Below, one piece after another: positions 11,159 through 21,577 of a DNA stretch of 64,000 nt. The translations under genes and the position numbers were made by a program. Numbering within the stretch: position 1 is the first letter of the stretch; each line of letters starts with the position of its first letter. Origin of the DNA: Cenarchaeum sp. (lineage in GTDB: Archaea > Thermoproteota > Nitrososphaeria > Nitrososphaerales > Nitrosopumilaceae); NCBI GenBank assembly GCA_965212015.1, contig OZ243037.1, forward strand, positions 288,001-352,000, given 5' to 3'. The notes under the pieces were generated by a model. The model was not told the origin of the DNA. It worked only from the letters and a program-made list of their open reading frames with translations, and did not search any database.

Positions 11159-11386
11159 ATGCAAAAATACAAATTCATCATTGACTGCGCAAACAGTACT
11201 GCATGCAGGGAAATCAGAAAAGCGATGAGTTCTGAGGATTTTAAAAGGATACAAATGATAAAGGGCACACTACTTGGCGATCACAGTGCGGTAAAGGAAT
11301 TTGCATCACTCCGTGATGCAAAAAAAGAGGCATATCGCTTTTTTAAAGAACACAAAAGCAAGATCTATCAGGTAACCATAGAATAG
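11159..11386 (+). CDS. Hypothetical protein
   Basis: AT-richer 75-aa ORF followed 11 nt later by a second ORF. Confidence 0.5.
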   Translation: MQKYKFIIDCANSTACREIRKAMSSEDFKRIQMIKGTLLGDHSAVKEFASLRDAKKEAYRFFKEHKSKIYQVTIE

Positions 11387-11397
11387 GTATCTGACAC

Positions 11398-11769
11398 ATG
11401 CATAGAAAACACGACCAAGCAGTGGAGATTATAATTGTCTCATTTAGCACCGTAAAAAACAGGAATAGTGTTGTGCGGTGCCTTGAAAGACAGTTTGGGA
11501 AAAACGGCCTATCGTTCACTCATCGCCTTAAAACCCAAAGTCATTCAGAAGAAATAATATTCAAATCACCGAACAACGATCAGTTCAACTGCAAGTTGAA
11601 AAAATACCGTGGTCAGAACATTTGCCAGTATAGGATCCGCCTCTTGTCTAAAAAACGTCATAGATTAGCCATGGATGTAAATGACATCATTGTAAAAATT
11701 ACTGACTCGACTAGATATCTGCGTCATGTGATTAGTTTATTTGGTGACCGTTTTTTTGACCCCATCTGA
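11398..11769 (+). CDS. Hypothetical protein
   Basis: AT-richer 123-aa ORF; no motif. Confidence 0.45.
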   Translation: MHRKHDQAVEIIIVSFSTVKNRNSVVRCLERQFGKNGLSFTHRLKTQSHSEEIIFKSPNNDQFNCKLKKYRGQNICQYRIRLLSKKRHRLAMDVNDIIVKITDSTRYLRHVISLFGDRFFDPI

Positions 11770-12192
11770 TTCGGATCAGGGTTGTCGAGTCAGATAACAC
11801 TGCTTTGTGAGCGCACAAGAAATCATCAAAGACGGTGTTGGGAAAATGCACGCGCCATCGGCTCGATGCCGGACTGGAACCGCTTGGGGCAGATAATCTG
11901 CAAAACACCGGGACAAAAAGGCGGGGCGCTAAAAGGCCTGCCGGGGACCCGGGCCAACACGCCTGATCAAGGGCTTTGTACTGCGGCCTGAAAGCTGCAT
12001 TACGGCAGCAGGGAGTGCCTGCCGGGGCGGCCACGGTGACTGGAACAGGCATATCATTCTGATCTAGGGTGTGGCCATGCGCGGGATTCATTCCCGTTTG
12101 TGACATACTGTTGTTTTTTCAATCCATTAAAAAAATCGGCGCCCGGGCCTGTGGGGCATCGGTTTTATAGCCGGTATTTTTCATCAGAGGTG

Positions 12193-13065
12193 ATGAGTTT
12201 TTTGGATCTATACATGAGCGGAAACCCAATGATTACCGGCTCAGGCAGGGACGCTGCGGCGACGGTCTTCGGCGTGCCCTTTGACTCTACGCATTCCTAC
12301 AAGCCGGGGACCCGGTTCGGGCCTGATGCCATACGGGACGCATTTAACAACATTGAGGTGTTTCATCCCGGACTGCAAGTCGATCTGGAATCGACAAACA
12401 TCGAGGATCTGGGAAACACGGTACACACAGTCGTGGCAGGCCAGATGCTCGACATGCTAAAAAAGATAACCTCCGAGCTGCTAGAAAAAGACAGGCAGAT
12501 TATAGTCCTCGGGGGAGAGCACCTCATCACGTACGGCACGTACACGAGCTTTCCTGAGGACACCGGATACGTGGTGTTTGATGCGCACTATGACCTGCGT
12601 GACGAGTATGCCGGCTCGAAGCTCAGCCATGCGGCATACCTGCGCAGGATAATAGAGGAGCGCGGCACGGACAGTATAGTGCACGTGGGGGCGCGCGCGT
12701 TTTCCAAAGAGGAGGCAGAGTTTCTGGCGGCAAACAAGATTGCGACCATAACTGACAGGGACATCAGGGACGGTGCCGGCGCCAGGCTGCTGCGCGATGC
12801 CGTGTCGGTGTTTGACAGAATGTATGCCAGCTATGACCTTGACGTGCTGGATCCGGCCTTTGCGCCGGGGGTGGGAAACCCAGAGGCCGCCGGAATAACG
12901 TCGCGCGAGCTCTTCGACATGATATACTCGCTTGCCGGCAAAAGGGTGCTCGGCGTGGACATTGTGGAGCTCAACCCCTCGCTTGACAACGGATCCACTG
13001 CGGCGCTTGCGGCAAAGATAATGTCAGTCATGATCGCCCTCAATACGGGCAATGACGCCTCGTAA
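12193..13065 (+). CDS. speB: Agmatinase (ureohydrolase family)
   Basis: GGEH, DAHYD, DLDVLDP, PGVGNPEAAG, DIVELNP. Confidence 0.9.
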   Translation: MSFLDLYMSGNPMITGSGRDAAATVFGVPFDSTHSYKPGTRFGPDAIRDAFNNIEVFHPGLQVDLESTNIEDLGNTVHTVVAGQMLDMLKKITSELLEKDRQIIVLGGEHLITYGTYTSFPEDTGYVVFDAHYDLRDEYAGSKLSHAAYLRRIIEERGTDSIVHVGARAFSKEEAEFLAANKIATITDRDIRDGAGARLLRDAVSVFDRMYASYDLDVLDPAFAPGVGNPEAAGITSRELFDMIYSLAGKRVLGVDIVELNPSLDNGSTAALAAKIMSVMIALNTGNDAS

Positions 13066-13095
13066 TTTTTTATATGCGGAACGGTGTGTAATCAC

Positions 13096-13668
13096 ATGCT
13101 CAACAACCTCCGGGGCGTGCTTGGCCCGGCTCTCGAAAGGATAGGCGCGGTGTTTGCGGCGACCCGCCTGCCGCCTGATTTCTGGACCGGCACGGGGCTG
13201 GCACTGGCGTTTGTTGCGGCCCTCGCATACGGGTGGAACTTTGAGTACGCGGTGCTGGCAGGAGGCGTCCTGCTTTTGGCGTCGGGATTTTTTGACGTTA
13301 TAGACGGACAGGTGGCGCGCATTACGCAAAAGACCTCAAAGAACGGCGCGTTTTTGGACTCTGTGTTTGACAAGACTGCCGAAGTCGCGATATTTCTTGG
13401 AATCCTGATCGGCGGCCTTGCAGAGCCGTACCTGGTGTTCCTGGCAGTTACAATGTCGCTGCTAGTCAGCTATGCGCGGGCGCGGGCCGAATCGCTGGGA
13501 ATCGCGCTGCAGGGAATCGGAATAGGCGAGCGGGCAGAAAGAATACTGGTGATTGCCATAGTCGGCATGCTGGGCTTTATGGAGTGGGCAGTAATAATAG
13601 TGATAGTCATTGCCGCAGCAACGTTCGTTCAGCGAATCGTCGTGACCCTGAGGGGCGCAAAGCCCTAG
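13096..13668 (+). CDS. CDP-alcohol phosphatidyltransferase (archaetidylinositol-phosphate synthase-like)
   Basis: DVIDGQVAR...GAFLDSVFD signature. Confidence 0.9.
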   Translation: MLNNLRGVLGPALERIGAVFAATRLPPDFWTGTGLALAFVAALAYGWNFEYAVLAGGVLLLASGFFDVIDGQVARITQKTSKNGAFLDSVFDKTAEVAIFLGILIGGLAEPYLVFLAVTMSLLVSYARARAESLGIALQGIGIGERAERILVIAIVGMLGFMEWAVIIVIVIAAATFVQRIVVTLRGAKP

Positions 13669-13952
13669 CGCAGCCTTCCGCGCTGCCGCCTTGATGACTC
13701 TGAGCGTATCTTTAGGATTCCAAAGTGAATCGCGCACGATATGCAGTACCATTTGAGGATCCTCGGCGACGCAATGTATGCCCCCTGGGCCCTAAGCTCC
13801 TTGGCAAGCGTGTGCTCCACCAGATTCAGCCTGGATGTGACCTTTTTTGCCTTGTCCTTTGGGACGGTCTGGCCGCAGTTGGTGCACTGTACCACGCCGG
13901 AGGATCCCTTGCCCCCCTTTTTCCTGCCCCTGCTGGCCCTTTTTAACGGCAT
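13665..13952 (-). CDS. rps26e: 30S ribosomal protein S26e
   Basis: MPLKRASRGR, CTNCG..VPKDKA, YCISCAIH. Confidence 0.95.
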   Translation of the reverse strand: MPLKRASRGRKKGGKGSSGVVQCTNCGQTVPKDKAKKVTSRLNLVEHTLAKELRAQGAYIASPRILKWYCISCAIHFGILKIRSESSRRQRGRLR

Positions 13953-14087
13953 GAATACCGTGAAATTCCTTCGTATATTCGTGTTTGGTTGTATGGTGCG
14001 GGCAGGGATGGCAGAAACCGGCCCGGAATGCCTGCAAAATCACAGCAGGTTTTAATCCTAGTGCCGCATCAGGACTTTGGATAATCG

Positions 14088-14213
14088 TTGAGGGGATTGT
14101 GTCACAAATGCCTGGCTTCAAACACGGAGCTGATCGTGCGCAAGGGCAGGATAATGTGCAAGACGTGCTTTGAGCAGGAGATGGCGGGATCACCTGATGC
14201 CGGCTCGACATGA
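14088..14213 (+). CDS. 41-aa zinc-finger microprotein (below ORF-track cutoff)
   Basis: TTG start; MRGLCHKCLASNTELIVRKGRIMCKTCFEQEMAGSPDAGST; two CxxC; stop overlaps pfkB start (ATGA). Confidence 0.65.
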   Translation: MRGLCHKCLASNTELIVRKGRIMCKTCFEQEMAGSPDAGST

Positions 14214-15079
14214 AACTCGGAGTATACTCGCACTGCAGCATTGACACAATCAGGATAGGCCAGTCGTCGTACACGCAGGCAGGCGGCGCGGCGTGCTATT
14301 GCGGAATTACCGCAAGGCGCTTCAAGTTCGATGTGGACCTGTTTACGAGGTTTGGAGGCGACTTTGAGCAGGGGCACCTTGCAGACAGCGGCATCTGTCC
14401 CGTCAATGCCGCATCTGAGGCGCCGACTACGCGCTTTGAGCTCGAGATACGGGGTTCTGAGCGCGACATTTACCTGAAAAATGCGTGTGACGCCATTGCC
14501 TTTTCGCACTCTGATGCAGACGGCATACTAGTCAGCCCCCTGTTTGATGAGATAACGCCAGAGACGTACGGGCAGATCAAAGACGACGCAGGTTTCCTGT
14601 TCGTTGATCCGCAGGGCTTTGTTCGCAGAACGGACAATGACGGACGGGTGTTCCTGGAGGGGACCGACGTCGACCTCTCAGGAGTATCGGCAGTAAAGGC
14701 AAGCGCAGAGGAGGCCCGCTGTCTGGTGGGATGTGCGGGTCCTGAGGCAATGGGGCTCTTGGCAAAAAAGGGCGCAAAGCACGTGCTATACACGGAGGGC
14801 CGGGAGATATCCATGCTGGACGATGACAGGGTATATTCGCTGACCCTGCCTGACAGGGAGGTGCGCGACACCACCGGAATCGGGGATATTTTCTCGTCTG
14901 CCTTTGCGTGCGTAATGCTCAAGGAGCGCGATTCGCTGTGGGCCTTTTGTTTTGCGGGGGGCGCAGCCCAGGCCGCACTGGAATCAAAAAAGGTGGGGCT
15001 GGAAAAGATTCCGCCAAGGGGGGCAGTCGAGTCAAATGCGTCGTACTATTACAATACCGTAAAGTTTGCACACGTATGA
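14210..15079 (+). CDS. PfkB/ribokinase-family carbohydrate kinase
   Basis: AGGAACY, VDPQG, DTTGIGDIF. Confidence 0.88.
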   Translation: MKLGVYSHCSIDTIRIGQSSYTQAGGAACYCGITARRFKFDVDLFTRFGGDFEQGHLADSGICPVNAASEAPTTRFELEIRGSERDIYLKNACDAIAFSHSDADGILVSPLFDEITPETYGQIKDDAGFLFVDPQGFVRRTDNDGRVFLEGTDVDLSGVSAVKASAEEARCLVGCAGPEAMGLLAKKGAKHVLYTEGREISMLDDDRVYSLTLPDREVRDTTGIGDIFSSAFACVMLKERDSLWAFCFAGGAAQAALESKKVGLEKIPPRGAVESNASYYYNTVKFAHV

Positions 15080-15163
15080 TCGGGTGTCCCACATCGGGCA
15101 TATGGAATCCCGCCGCGGCGCCGGGCTTTTAGACTTTTATACAAACGGCATTCATTTTTTATC

Positions 15164-16165
15164 ATGCATATTGGAATGTACGAAAAGGGCGCAGATGACG
15201 CGCCGCTCAGGGGCGTCAAAAAGACGCTGTACGAGGCCGGCATCCGGGCCGTGTTGCTGGGCCAAAAGCCAAAGCCCAGGGATCTTGATTTTGTCATTGT
15301 GTTTGGCGGCGACAAGGGGGTGAGGAACTATTTCCACAAGGTAAGGGACTCGACAATACCGGTGCTGGGCCTGAGCGAGGCCGAGTCCAGCGGGTTTTTG
15401 GCGCAGATTGACTCTAAAGAGTTTCCGGCGTATCTTGGGCGGCTGAAAAAACGCGACTATTCCGTAGAGGAGGTCCCGATGCTCGGCGTAAAGATTGACG
15501 GCAAGAGCGCATATCCCGTGCTAAACGATGTTGCCGTATTTCCCTCCAAAAGCGCCATGCTAATGGAGTACACCCTGACGGTGGGCGGCGAGGAGGTCTG
15601 GCACGACAACAGCGACGGGATTATAGTCTCAACACCGATTGGATCCTCGGCGTACTCAATGTCGGCAGGCGGGCCGGTGATATTCCAGGAATCCCGGGTC
15701 TTTGGGATTGTGTCTGTCAACTCGCTGGACGTCACGAGGCGGCCGCTTGTAGTCTCTAGCGACAGTACAGTCAAGATAGGCGAGATCTCGTCCCGGCTCC
15801 ACTGCGAGGTGGTGCTAGACGGCATTGACAGGTACAGCGTAAAGGAATCCGTAGAGTGCGCCAGGTTCGCCTCGTCTGCAAAGATAGTCAGGATGAAAAA
15901 GGACTCTACTGCAATCTCTGCGCTTGCAAAAAAGGTGCATCTTGCAGAAGAGCTGCTCCGCATGCCCCCGAGCTCAAAGCTTCTGCTCAAGACGCTAGAA
16001 TACGAGGGGCAGATGACCCAAAAGGAGATTGTAAACAAGACGCTTCTTCCCGACAGGACGGTGCGCCTTGCGCTAAGCCACCTGCTTGAAAAGGGGTATG
16101 TAAAGCGCAAGATATCCGTCCGCGACGCCAGGCAGAAAATCTACGAGATGACAAAGCCCGGCTAG
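15164..16165 (+). CDS. NAD(+) kinase with C-terminal winged-HTH
   Basis: GGD, LND, DGIIVSTPIGSSAYSMSAGG; C-terminal MarR-like HTH. Confidence 0.88.
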   Translation: MHIGMYEKGADDAPLRGVKKTLYEAGIRAVLLGQKPKPRDLDFVIVFGGDKGVRNYFHKVRDSTIPVLGLSEAESSGFLAQIDSKEFPAYLGRLKKRDYSVEEVPMLGVKIDGKSAYPVLNDVAVFPSKSAMLMEYTLTVGGEEVWHDNSDGIIVSTPIGSSAYSMSAGGPVIFQESRVFGIVSVNSLDVTRRPLVVSSDSTVKIGEISSRLHCEVVLDGIDRYSVKESVECARFASSAKIVRMKKDSTAISALAKKVHLAEELLRMPPSSKLLLKTLEYEGQMTQKEIVNKTLLPDRTVRLALSHLLEKGYVKRKISVRDARQKIYEMTKPG

Positions 16166-17757
16166 CCGGCAGACGCCCTGACAAACGCCCCAAACACCCG
16201 CTCCGGAAATCCCGGCCGGCTGTCAAACTCTGGATGGTACTGCACCCCAACAAAGAACCTGTGTGCGGGAATCTCTAGTATCTCCATCCTTTTTCCGCCG
16301 TCGCTCTCGCCTGTAAATATCATGCCGCCCTCTTTGAAGCGGTCCTGGTATTTCTTGTTAAACTCGTACCGGTGCCGGTGTCTCTTGGAGATTGTGCCGG
16401 CGCCGTATATCTCTGATGCCGCAGAATCTGCCGCAAGGCTGATCTCGTTTGCGCCAAGCCGCAGCGAGCCGCCCATGTCTGCGACTGACTTTTGCTCCGG
16501 CAGCAGGTCTATGAGCGGGTTTTTGGTATCCGGGTCGATCTCTGTCGAATTGCAGTCCATCCCAAGCACGCCCCTGCCAAAGGCCACCACTGCCAGCTGA
16601 AAGCCAAAGCAGATTCCAAGGTACGGAATGTCGTTCTTTATTGCGTGGTTGGCCGTCTTGATTATGCCTTCCGAGCCGCGCGTCCCAAACCCGCCGGGAA
16701 CCAGGATTCCGCCGTACTTTGAGAGCGTGTTATAGTCCGTTATGGACTCTGAGTCAATCCAGTCAATGTCGACTGACCTGCCAATAGTCGCCCCCGCGTG
16801 CCTTAGGGCGTGATTCACACTCACGTAACTGTCCGCCAGCGTGACGTATTTTCCGACCATCGCAATGCGAATCTTTTGATCCCCGTGATCCAGCATGGAA
16901 TCGACTATTCTGTTCCATTTGTCCCAGCTGGCAGACACGTTGACCAGGCCCACCTTGCCGAATTTTTTAAAGATAGAGTCCACAATCTGCTGGTCGTAGA
17001 GGATTTGCGGGATTTGTAGTATGGATTTTGCGTCGTGGCACGACAATACGTCGTTTTGTCCGACGTTGGTAAACAGCGCGATTTTTTTCTTTGTCCTTTC
17101 CTGGAGCGGGGAGGTGCACCGTACTGCCAGATAGTCCGGCTGGATGCCGATTCTTCGCAGCTCCTGCACGCTGTGCTGCGTGGGCTTTGTCTTTTGCTCC
17201 CCCACCACGTCCAGCGACGGTGCAAGCGTCACGTGCACGAAAATCGCGCTCTGCGGGCCGTCCTCGACGCGTATCTGTCTTAGCGCCTCCAAAAACGGCA
17301 GGCTCTCAATGTCGCCCACGGTGCCGCCGCACTCTACTATAAGAACGTCAAGATCCTCGTCCCCGGATATCCTTCTGATCCTGTTTTTGATCTCGTCTGT
17401 GACGTGCGGGATGATCTGCACGCACGCCCCGAGGTATTCCCCCCTTCTTTCTGACTCGATTACCGAGGAATAGACCTGCGCGGTGGTAATGTTGTGGCTT
17501 TTTGGAATGCACTGGTTGAGAAACCGCTCATAGTTTCCAATGTCCATGTCGCACTCTCCCCCGTCCCGGGTCACAAACACCTCGCCGTGAGCTATCGGGT
17601 TCATGGTGCCGGCATCATAGTTCAGGTAGGGGTCTATCTTTATGCAGGAGACTTTTTGGTTGGATAACTGGAGCAGTTTTGCAATGGAGGATGTGACTAT
17701 TCCCTTGCCCAGGCCGGACATTACCCCGCCTGTCACAAAGATGTAATTCGTCCGCAC
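16162..17757 (-). CDS. pyrG: CTP synthase
   Basis: [48 protein letters not shown]. Confidence 0.98.
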   Translation of the reverse strand: MRTNYIFVTGGVMSGLGKGIVTSSIAKLLQLSNQKVSCIKIDPYLNYDAGTMNPIAHGEVFVTRDGGECDMDIGNYERFLNQCIPKSHNITTAQVYSSVIESERRGEYLGACVQIIPHVTDEIKNRIRRISGDEDLDVLIVECGGTVGDIESLPFLEALRQIRVEDGPQSAIFVHVTLAPSLDVVGEQKTKPTQHSVQELRRIGIQPDYLAVRCTSPLQERTKKKIALFTNVGQNDVLSCHDAKSILQIPQILYDQQIVDSIFKKFGKVGLVNVSASWDKWNRIVDSMLDHGDQKIRIAMVGKYVTLADSYVSVNHALRHAGATIGRSVDIDWIDSESITDYNTLSKYGGILVPGGFGTRGSEGIIKTANHAIKNDIPYLGICFGFQLAVVAFGRGVLGMDCNSTEIDPDTKNPLIDLLPEQKSVADMGGSLRLGANEISLAADSAASEIYGAGTISKRHRHRYEFNKKYQDRFKEGGMIFTGESDGGKRMEILEIPAHRFFVGVQYHPEFDSRPGFPERVFGAFVRASAG

Positions 17758-17946
17758 ATACGGGTAAAGACAGTCTCATTTTTATTCCTTTATCTTGCGA
17801 TTCGGGGCGTCCGGACTGCCTGCCCTTTTATGATCGCCTCGTGTCGGCCCCGGATTGCGGGTTTTACCGCCGTGTTTTCTTGCCATGGAATGGGCTTTGC
17901 CGCCATCCCGCTATCCGGGCCCCTGCCATGCGCCTGTCCACAAAGT

Positions 17947-18034
17947 CGGCAATTCTGGGGGTTCAAAGTGGGAAAAACCATCCAAAAATCCGCTGTGTAG
18001 GGTGTCAGAAAGTGAAATTAACGGACAATGCCTC
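17947..18034 (+). repeat. About 88-bp dispersed repeat, copy 1
   Basis: About 90% identical to 21578-21664; ends ...GACAATGCCTC, 44 nt before a secreted-protein ATG. Confidence 0.9.
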
Positions 18035-18078
18035 TTGCCACGATCCGCTTATTTATCATGATTTTCCATCATATACTA

Positions 18079-19062
18079 ATGACAATGCTCAAAATCTTGG
18101 GAATTCTGGCAGTATTGGCAGTAGGCATGATTGCCATACCCGATATATCTGCCGTACGGTGCAGTGAGGACAAAAACCCCATACAGTCACCGCATGGAAA
18201 ACCGGCTTGTGTCTTTGATGATACGTTTGCCAAACTCTTGGAGAGGGGATGGAGTATGCCAACCTTGGATGGGCAGGATGTACCAACTGTTGGTTCTGTT
18301 GTACCGGATATAGACACATGGAACACGAGAGATCTTGCAATTCCATCTGATCCAGATGCAATGGGCGAATATATTGTCCTTAATAGTCTGTTTCCAATAT
18401 ATGAGGTAGAGATACCAAAAACTACACCGCTAAACGACGTCATGAACATAACCATACATTATGACTATTCGCCGCGATATACCTTCTATGATACGGAAAA
18501 TCCGTCGGAGTTTGATCCTGCAAATTCACAAAATCTAATATCGTTACGCCCAACTGTAAATAGTGAATTTATAGGACCAGAAGTGTTTTTCAGACACACA
18601 AAACACCTAGAGATGATCAGTGACTTTCCTTTGCTGGAGCGTGCTCCACCCGGTACCGACTATTATGGAGAAGGAATGTATTCATATTGGATAACCCTCC
18701 CATACAATGGAAACATACCGCATACGGAACAGGTATCATTCAGGGTCAAAAAACCAATGTTGTATAATCAAGAGGAATTTCACATATCAATGCCATCTAG
18801 TGAATCCCCCCAGCCTACCACCTGGTATTCCTCAACTAATGATGGAAGACTGACCATATCCCCTGTTCCAATATATGCTGAAGGTGCCGACGATGAATTT
18901 CCACAAAAAGGCATAGGAAAGTTCAACCCTCCGGGTTATCACAAAAGCGAACCAGGTGAGGGACCCATTAGTCCGGATCAGATAGACAGTCTTGCTCCGG
19001 AGGTTCAAAAGGCGATACGCGAATGGCAGGCAAAGACGAACAAAACAAATAATGCACCGTAA
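18079..19062 (+). CDS. Secreted protein with N-terminal C...GKPACV...LxxRGW module
   Basis: Signal peptide; module shared with 22826 and 26574 ORFs. Confidence 0.8.
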   Translation: MTMLKILGILAVLAVGMIAIPDISAVRCSEDKNPIQSPHGKPACVFDDTFAKLLERGWSMPTLDGQDVPTVGSVVPDIDTWNTRDLAIPSDPDAMGEYIVLNSLFPIYEVEIPKTTPLNDVMNITIHYDYSPRYTFYDTENPSEFDPANSQNLISLRPTVNSEFIGPEVFFRHTKHLEMISDFPLLERAPPGTDYYGEGMYSYWITLPYNGNIPHTEQVSFRVKKPMLYNQEEFHISMPSSESPQPTTWYSSTNDGRLTISPVPIYAEGADDEFPQKGIGKFNPPGYHKSEPGEGPISPDQIDSLAPEVQKAIREWQAKTNKTNNAP

Positions 19063-19086
19063 AATCAAAATATTATTGGAATAAAA

Positions 19087-19191
19087 TCAGTCGCTTTCAA
19101 GCATGTCTTTCTTCCACTGCGGAAGAGACTCGTAATAGTCGATCGCTATTTTGGCCTGCTCTTTCATCCAGCCTTCCCTAAATTTCAGCAT
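19087..19191 (-). CDS. Putative 34-aa protein
   Basis: MLKFREGWMKEQAKIAIDYYESLPQWKKDMLESD; TTTATA about 25 nt upstream. Confidence 0.4.
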   Translation of the reverse strand: MLKFREGWMKEQAKIAIDYYESLPQWKKDMLESD

Positions 19192-19560
19192 GCCTGTTAA
19201 ACGGGCAATTCCGTTATAAATCTTGATGGTCTAATTTTATTCCTTGTATAGCCCCTTTTCTTCCATTCTTTTTGCCAGATCCATGACTGCCAGAGTCTCA
19301 TCAACCACAAATTCCAGTGGTTCTGCAAATATCGGACCTGTTACCTATTTTGAGTTCAAATCTAATGATGTTTTTATAGGTGGGCTGATCAATTCTCTCG
19401 TATTGTTTAATCGATAGTTGGGAGAGGAATTAGAGGATTCCCATCATTTTGACAAATAGCTAATTTTGGATGTGATTTTGGAGTGTTTTTGCCAAAATAT
19501 GCCTTTTCTAGGCATCGATTCAGCGTTTAATTTTTATGGCAGGACGTCATAACATACATG

Positions 19561-19622
19561 GCAAGTAAGTCCACTGGTCGTGCCGCAAGGCGTAGGATTT
19601 ATCCGAAGGCACGTGGCATTGC
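19561..19622. ncRNA. Candidate structured RNA directly 3' of the DUF3800 gene
   Basis: Nested complementarity GCAA/TTGC, CCAC/GTGG, GTGCC/GGCAC, GGAT/ATCC; GC-rich patch in AT-rich DNA. Confidence 0.45.
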
Positions 19623-19629
19623 GTTTTAG

Positions 19630-20391
19630 TCATGATAGTTTGAATGAACCAGAATTTATAAAATTTGGCCTGAGCAGATCCATGTAGGTAGAATCACTGT
19701 GTTTTAATGCAAAATGAAACGCACCTGCAACAAAATCACCTGCCCATATTCCGGGTGTTGTTAACGAATCTGCATCATGAAAAGTAATTTGCCCACGGTA
19801 GTTTTTTATATTCTGATTAGAATTATCTGTATCAGACATCCATTTGTTGAATGCAATTGTCTGAGTTGGATTCAATCTTCCACGATCATAAATCACTGTT
19901 GGAGCTGTTTCAAGACGTATATTTGGTAACATATTATCGAATAATGATTGCTTGAAGAGAGCATTCCCAATATTCTCTGGAATATTATTCTTATTCATGA
20001 TATCTATTTTATTAAGAATTCCAGCAAATATGCCATCAGATTTGTCAAGTATAACTTTAGCAATTTGATTTCTCACATCAGGATAATGAGGAATCCAATC
20101 TGATTTAATCACGTCATCTGTGTATCCCAATTTTTTTAATGCTCCTGTAGGATAAAATTTAATCTCTTTCAGTTTCGATGGATATAGATTATTTTTATGT
20201 AATTTTAGCAATAATTTATGAAGATGCTTATTTAATTTTTTAGGTTTTTTGGAATAGCAAAACCCCATGATAAAAAAAGGATGTTTTTTATTGTGATCTA
20301 ATTTTCCCATACCTGCATTGCCAGATTCATCAACATAAATTACATCATGTCTCATTTTACGTCTGTTAGCGAATCTAGAATAATCATTCAT
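19630..20391 (-). CDS. DUF3800-family protein (RNase H-like acidic motifs)
   Basis: IYVDESG, LKEIK, VIYD, DS...GIWAGDFVAG. Confidence 0.85.
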   Translation of the reverse strand: MNDYSRFANRRKMRHDVIYVDESGNAGMGKLDHNKKHPFFIMGFCYSKKPKKLNKHLHKLLLKLHKNNLYPSKLKEIKFYPTGALKKLGYTDDVIKSDWIPHYPDVRNQIAKVILDKSDGIFAGILNKIDIMNKNNIPENIGNALFKQSLFDNMLPNIRLETAPTVIYDRGRLNPTQTIAFNKWMSDTDNSNQNIKNYRGQITFHDADSLTTPGIWAGDFVAGAFHFALKHSDSTYMDLLRPNFINSGSFKLS

Positions 20392-20477
20392 AATTTTTCA
20401 ACACACATGTCCATCAAGGATTTTATGCACAAAGAAATCATATCTGTTGCAATTTTGATCTCTTTCATGTTGATTTT

Positions 20478-20795
20478 TCTTAATTCTCATATTTTTTTTA
20501 CTGCCAGAACTGCGGCAGAGTTTCCGCCCATCCTGCTTCACAGCTCATCTCCGCGGTTCATTCCGGATTCAATTCTGTCATATTCCGAATCATTCTTTTC
20601 CGGGTTTTCCAGCCCGACAATCTCCGTAAACAGGCCGCTGATCACAATCTTTTTTGATCTGTATCCGACCATACTCAGGGATCTGCCCAGAGAATCACAG
20701 ATTTGATCCAAGTCAACTCCCAGCGGTCCGACCAGTCCAAAAACCATCTCCGACCTGGATTTGTTCTTCAAGATTATTATATATGTTAAATTCAT
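20478..20795 (-). pseudogene. N-terminal remnant of anti-phage dCTP deaminase-like (P-loop kinase domain) gene
   Basis: EMVFGLVGPLGVD...GY...I.IS; frame continues GDEL*SRMGGNSAAVLAVKKI*ELR through two TGA stops. Confidence 0.6.
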
Positions 20796-21084
20796 ATATT
20801 AAAATTTTGATCGTGAGATCTTGACAAAGCCCGTGCTCTATTTGATCCCGAACCTGCAGTCCTCAAATGATTCTGGAATTTTCAGTTTACGGGTAGGCAG
20901 TCATATGGTGTAACCGGAAAACAGCATCGATACGGATAAATCACTCCAGATACAACCCATATCAATGTCAGGATGCAGCATGCAGGATGCCTACGTTTTC
21001 AAATCCACTCATGTACGATATTCGTTATTTGCAGAAATCGGGCATAGGACTGCAAAACTGGAAAAACCTGAAATTATGCCTAAT

Positions 21085-21135
21085 ATTTCGAATCCCCCGC
21101 CTGTGCGGGATTCGAAATCATCAAAATGCGCCGGG
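21085..21135 (+). repeat. Hairpin plus degenerate tRNA-Ser att remnant
   Basis: ATTTCGAATCCC-loop-GGGATTCGAAAT then CAAAATGCGCCGGG (21122-21135) identical to 49614-49627. Confidence 0.6.
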
Positions 21136-21577
21136 ACACGGCGCAGGGGTCTAGTTCTGCTTCCCTTCACACAGGCACACAGGGCGCAAGAGAAATCGTA
21201 CTGGGAAGCGGAACAATTCTGAAGGGAAGCGGAACCATACAGGGCAGAGGTAATTATACAATAACCGGACCTCATGCCCGTCTCATACATCATGATATGG
21301 TATGGTAAAGGAATTATTTATCTCTTTTTTTGTGCGTGATTCTCGGTCTTGCAGGAAACATGTCTTGCGATTATCTGCCATGTTCCACTGAATTTCACAC
21401 GTATGGGTTCCACACTGCTGGTCTTTTCTGCCTCTTGCGCGCGGGCCGAGTTTGAAGTCCTAGAGTGTATCTGTAGGGGAAATACAGTCCATCCAGAAAG
21501 GCCGGCAGATGGGTAAAATAACTGCCCCCAGTCATAAAATCGGCAAAGTCGGCAAAATCTGCCGACAATCCGAAAAA

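Noticed and set aside
14040-14210. Possible ncRNA between rps26e and pfkB
   Set aside because: Better explained by the 41-aa CxxC ORF.
3300-17500. Many 60-230-aa overlapping or antisense ORFs
   Set aside because: Shadows of well-supported genes in GC-rich DNA; no motifs.
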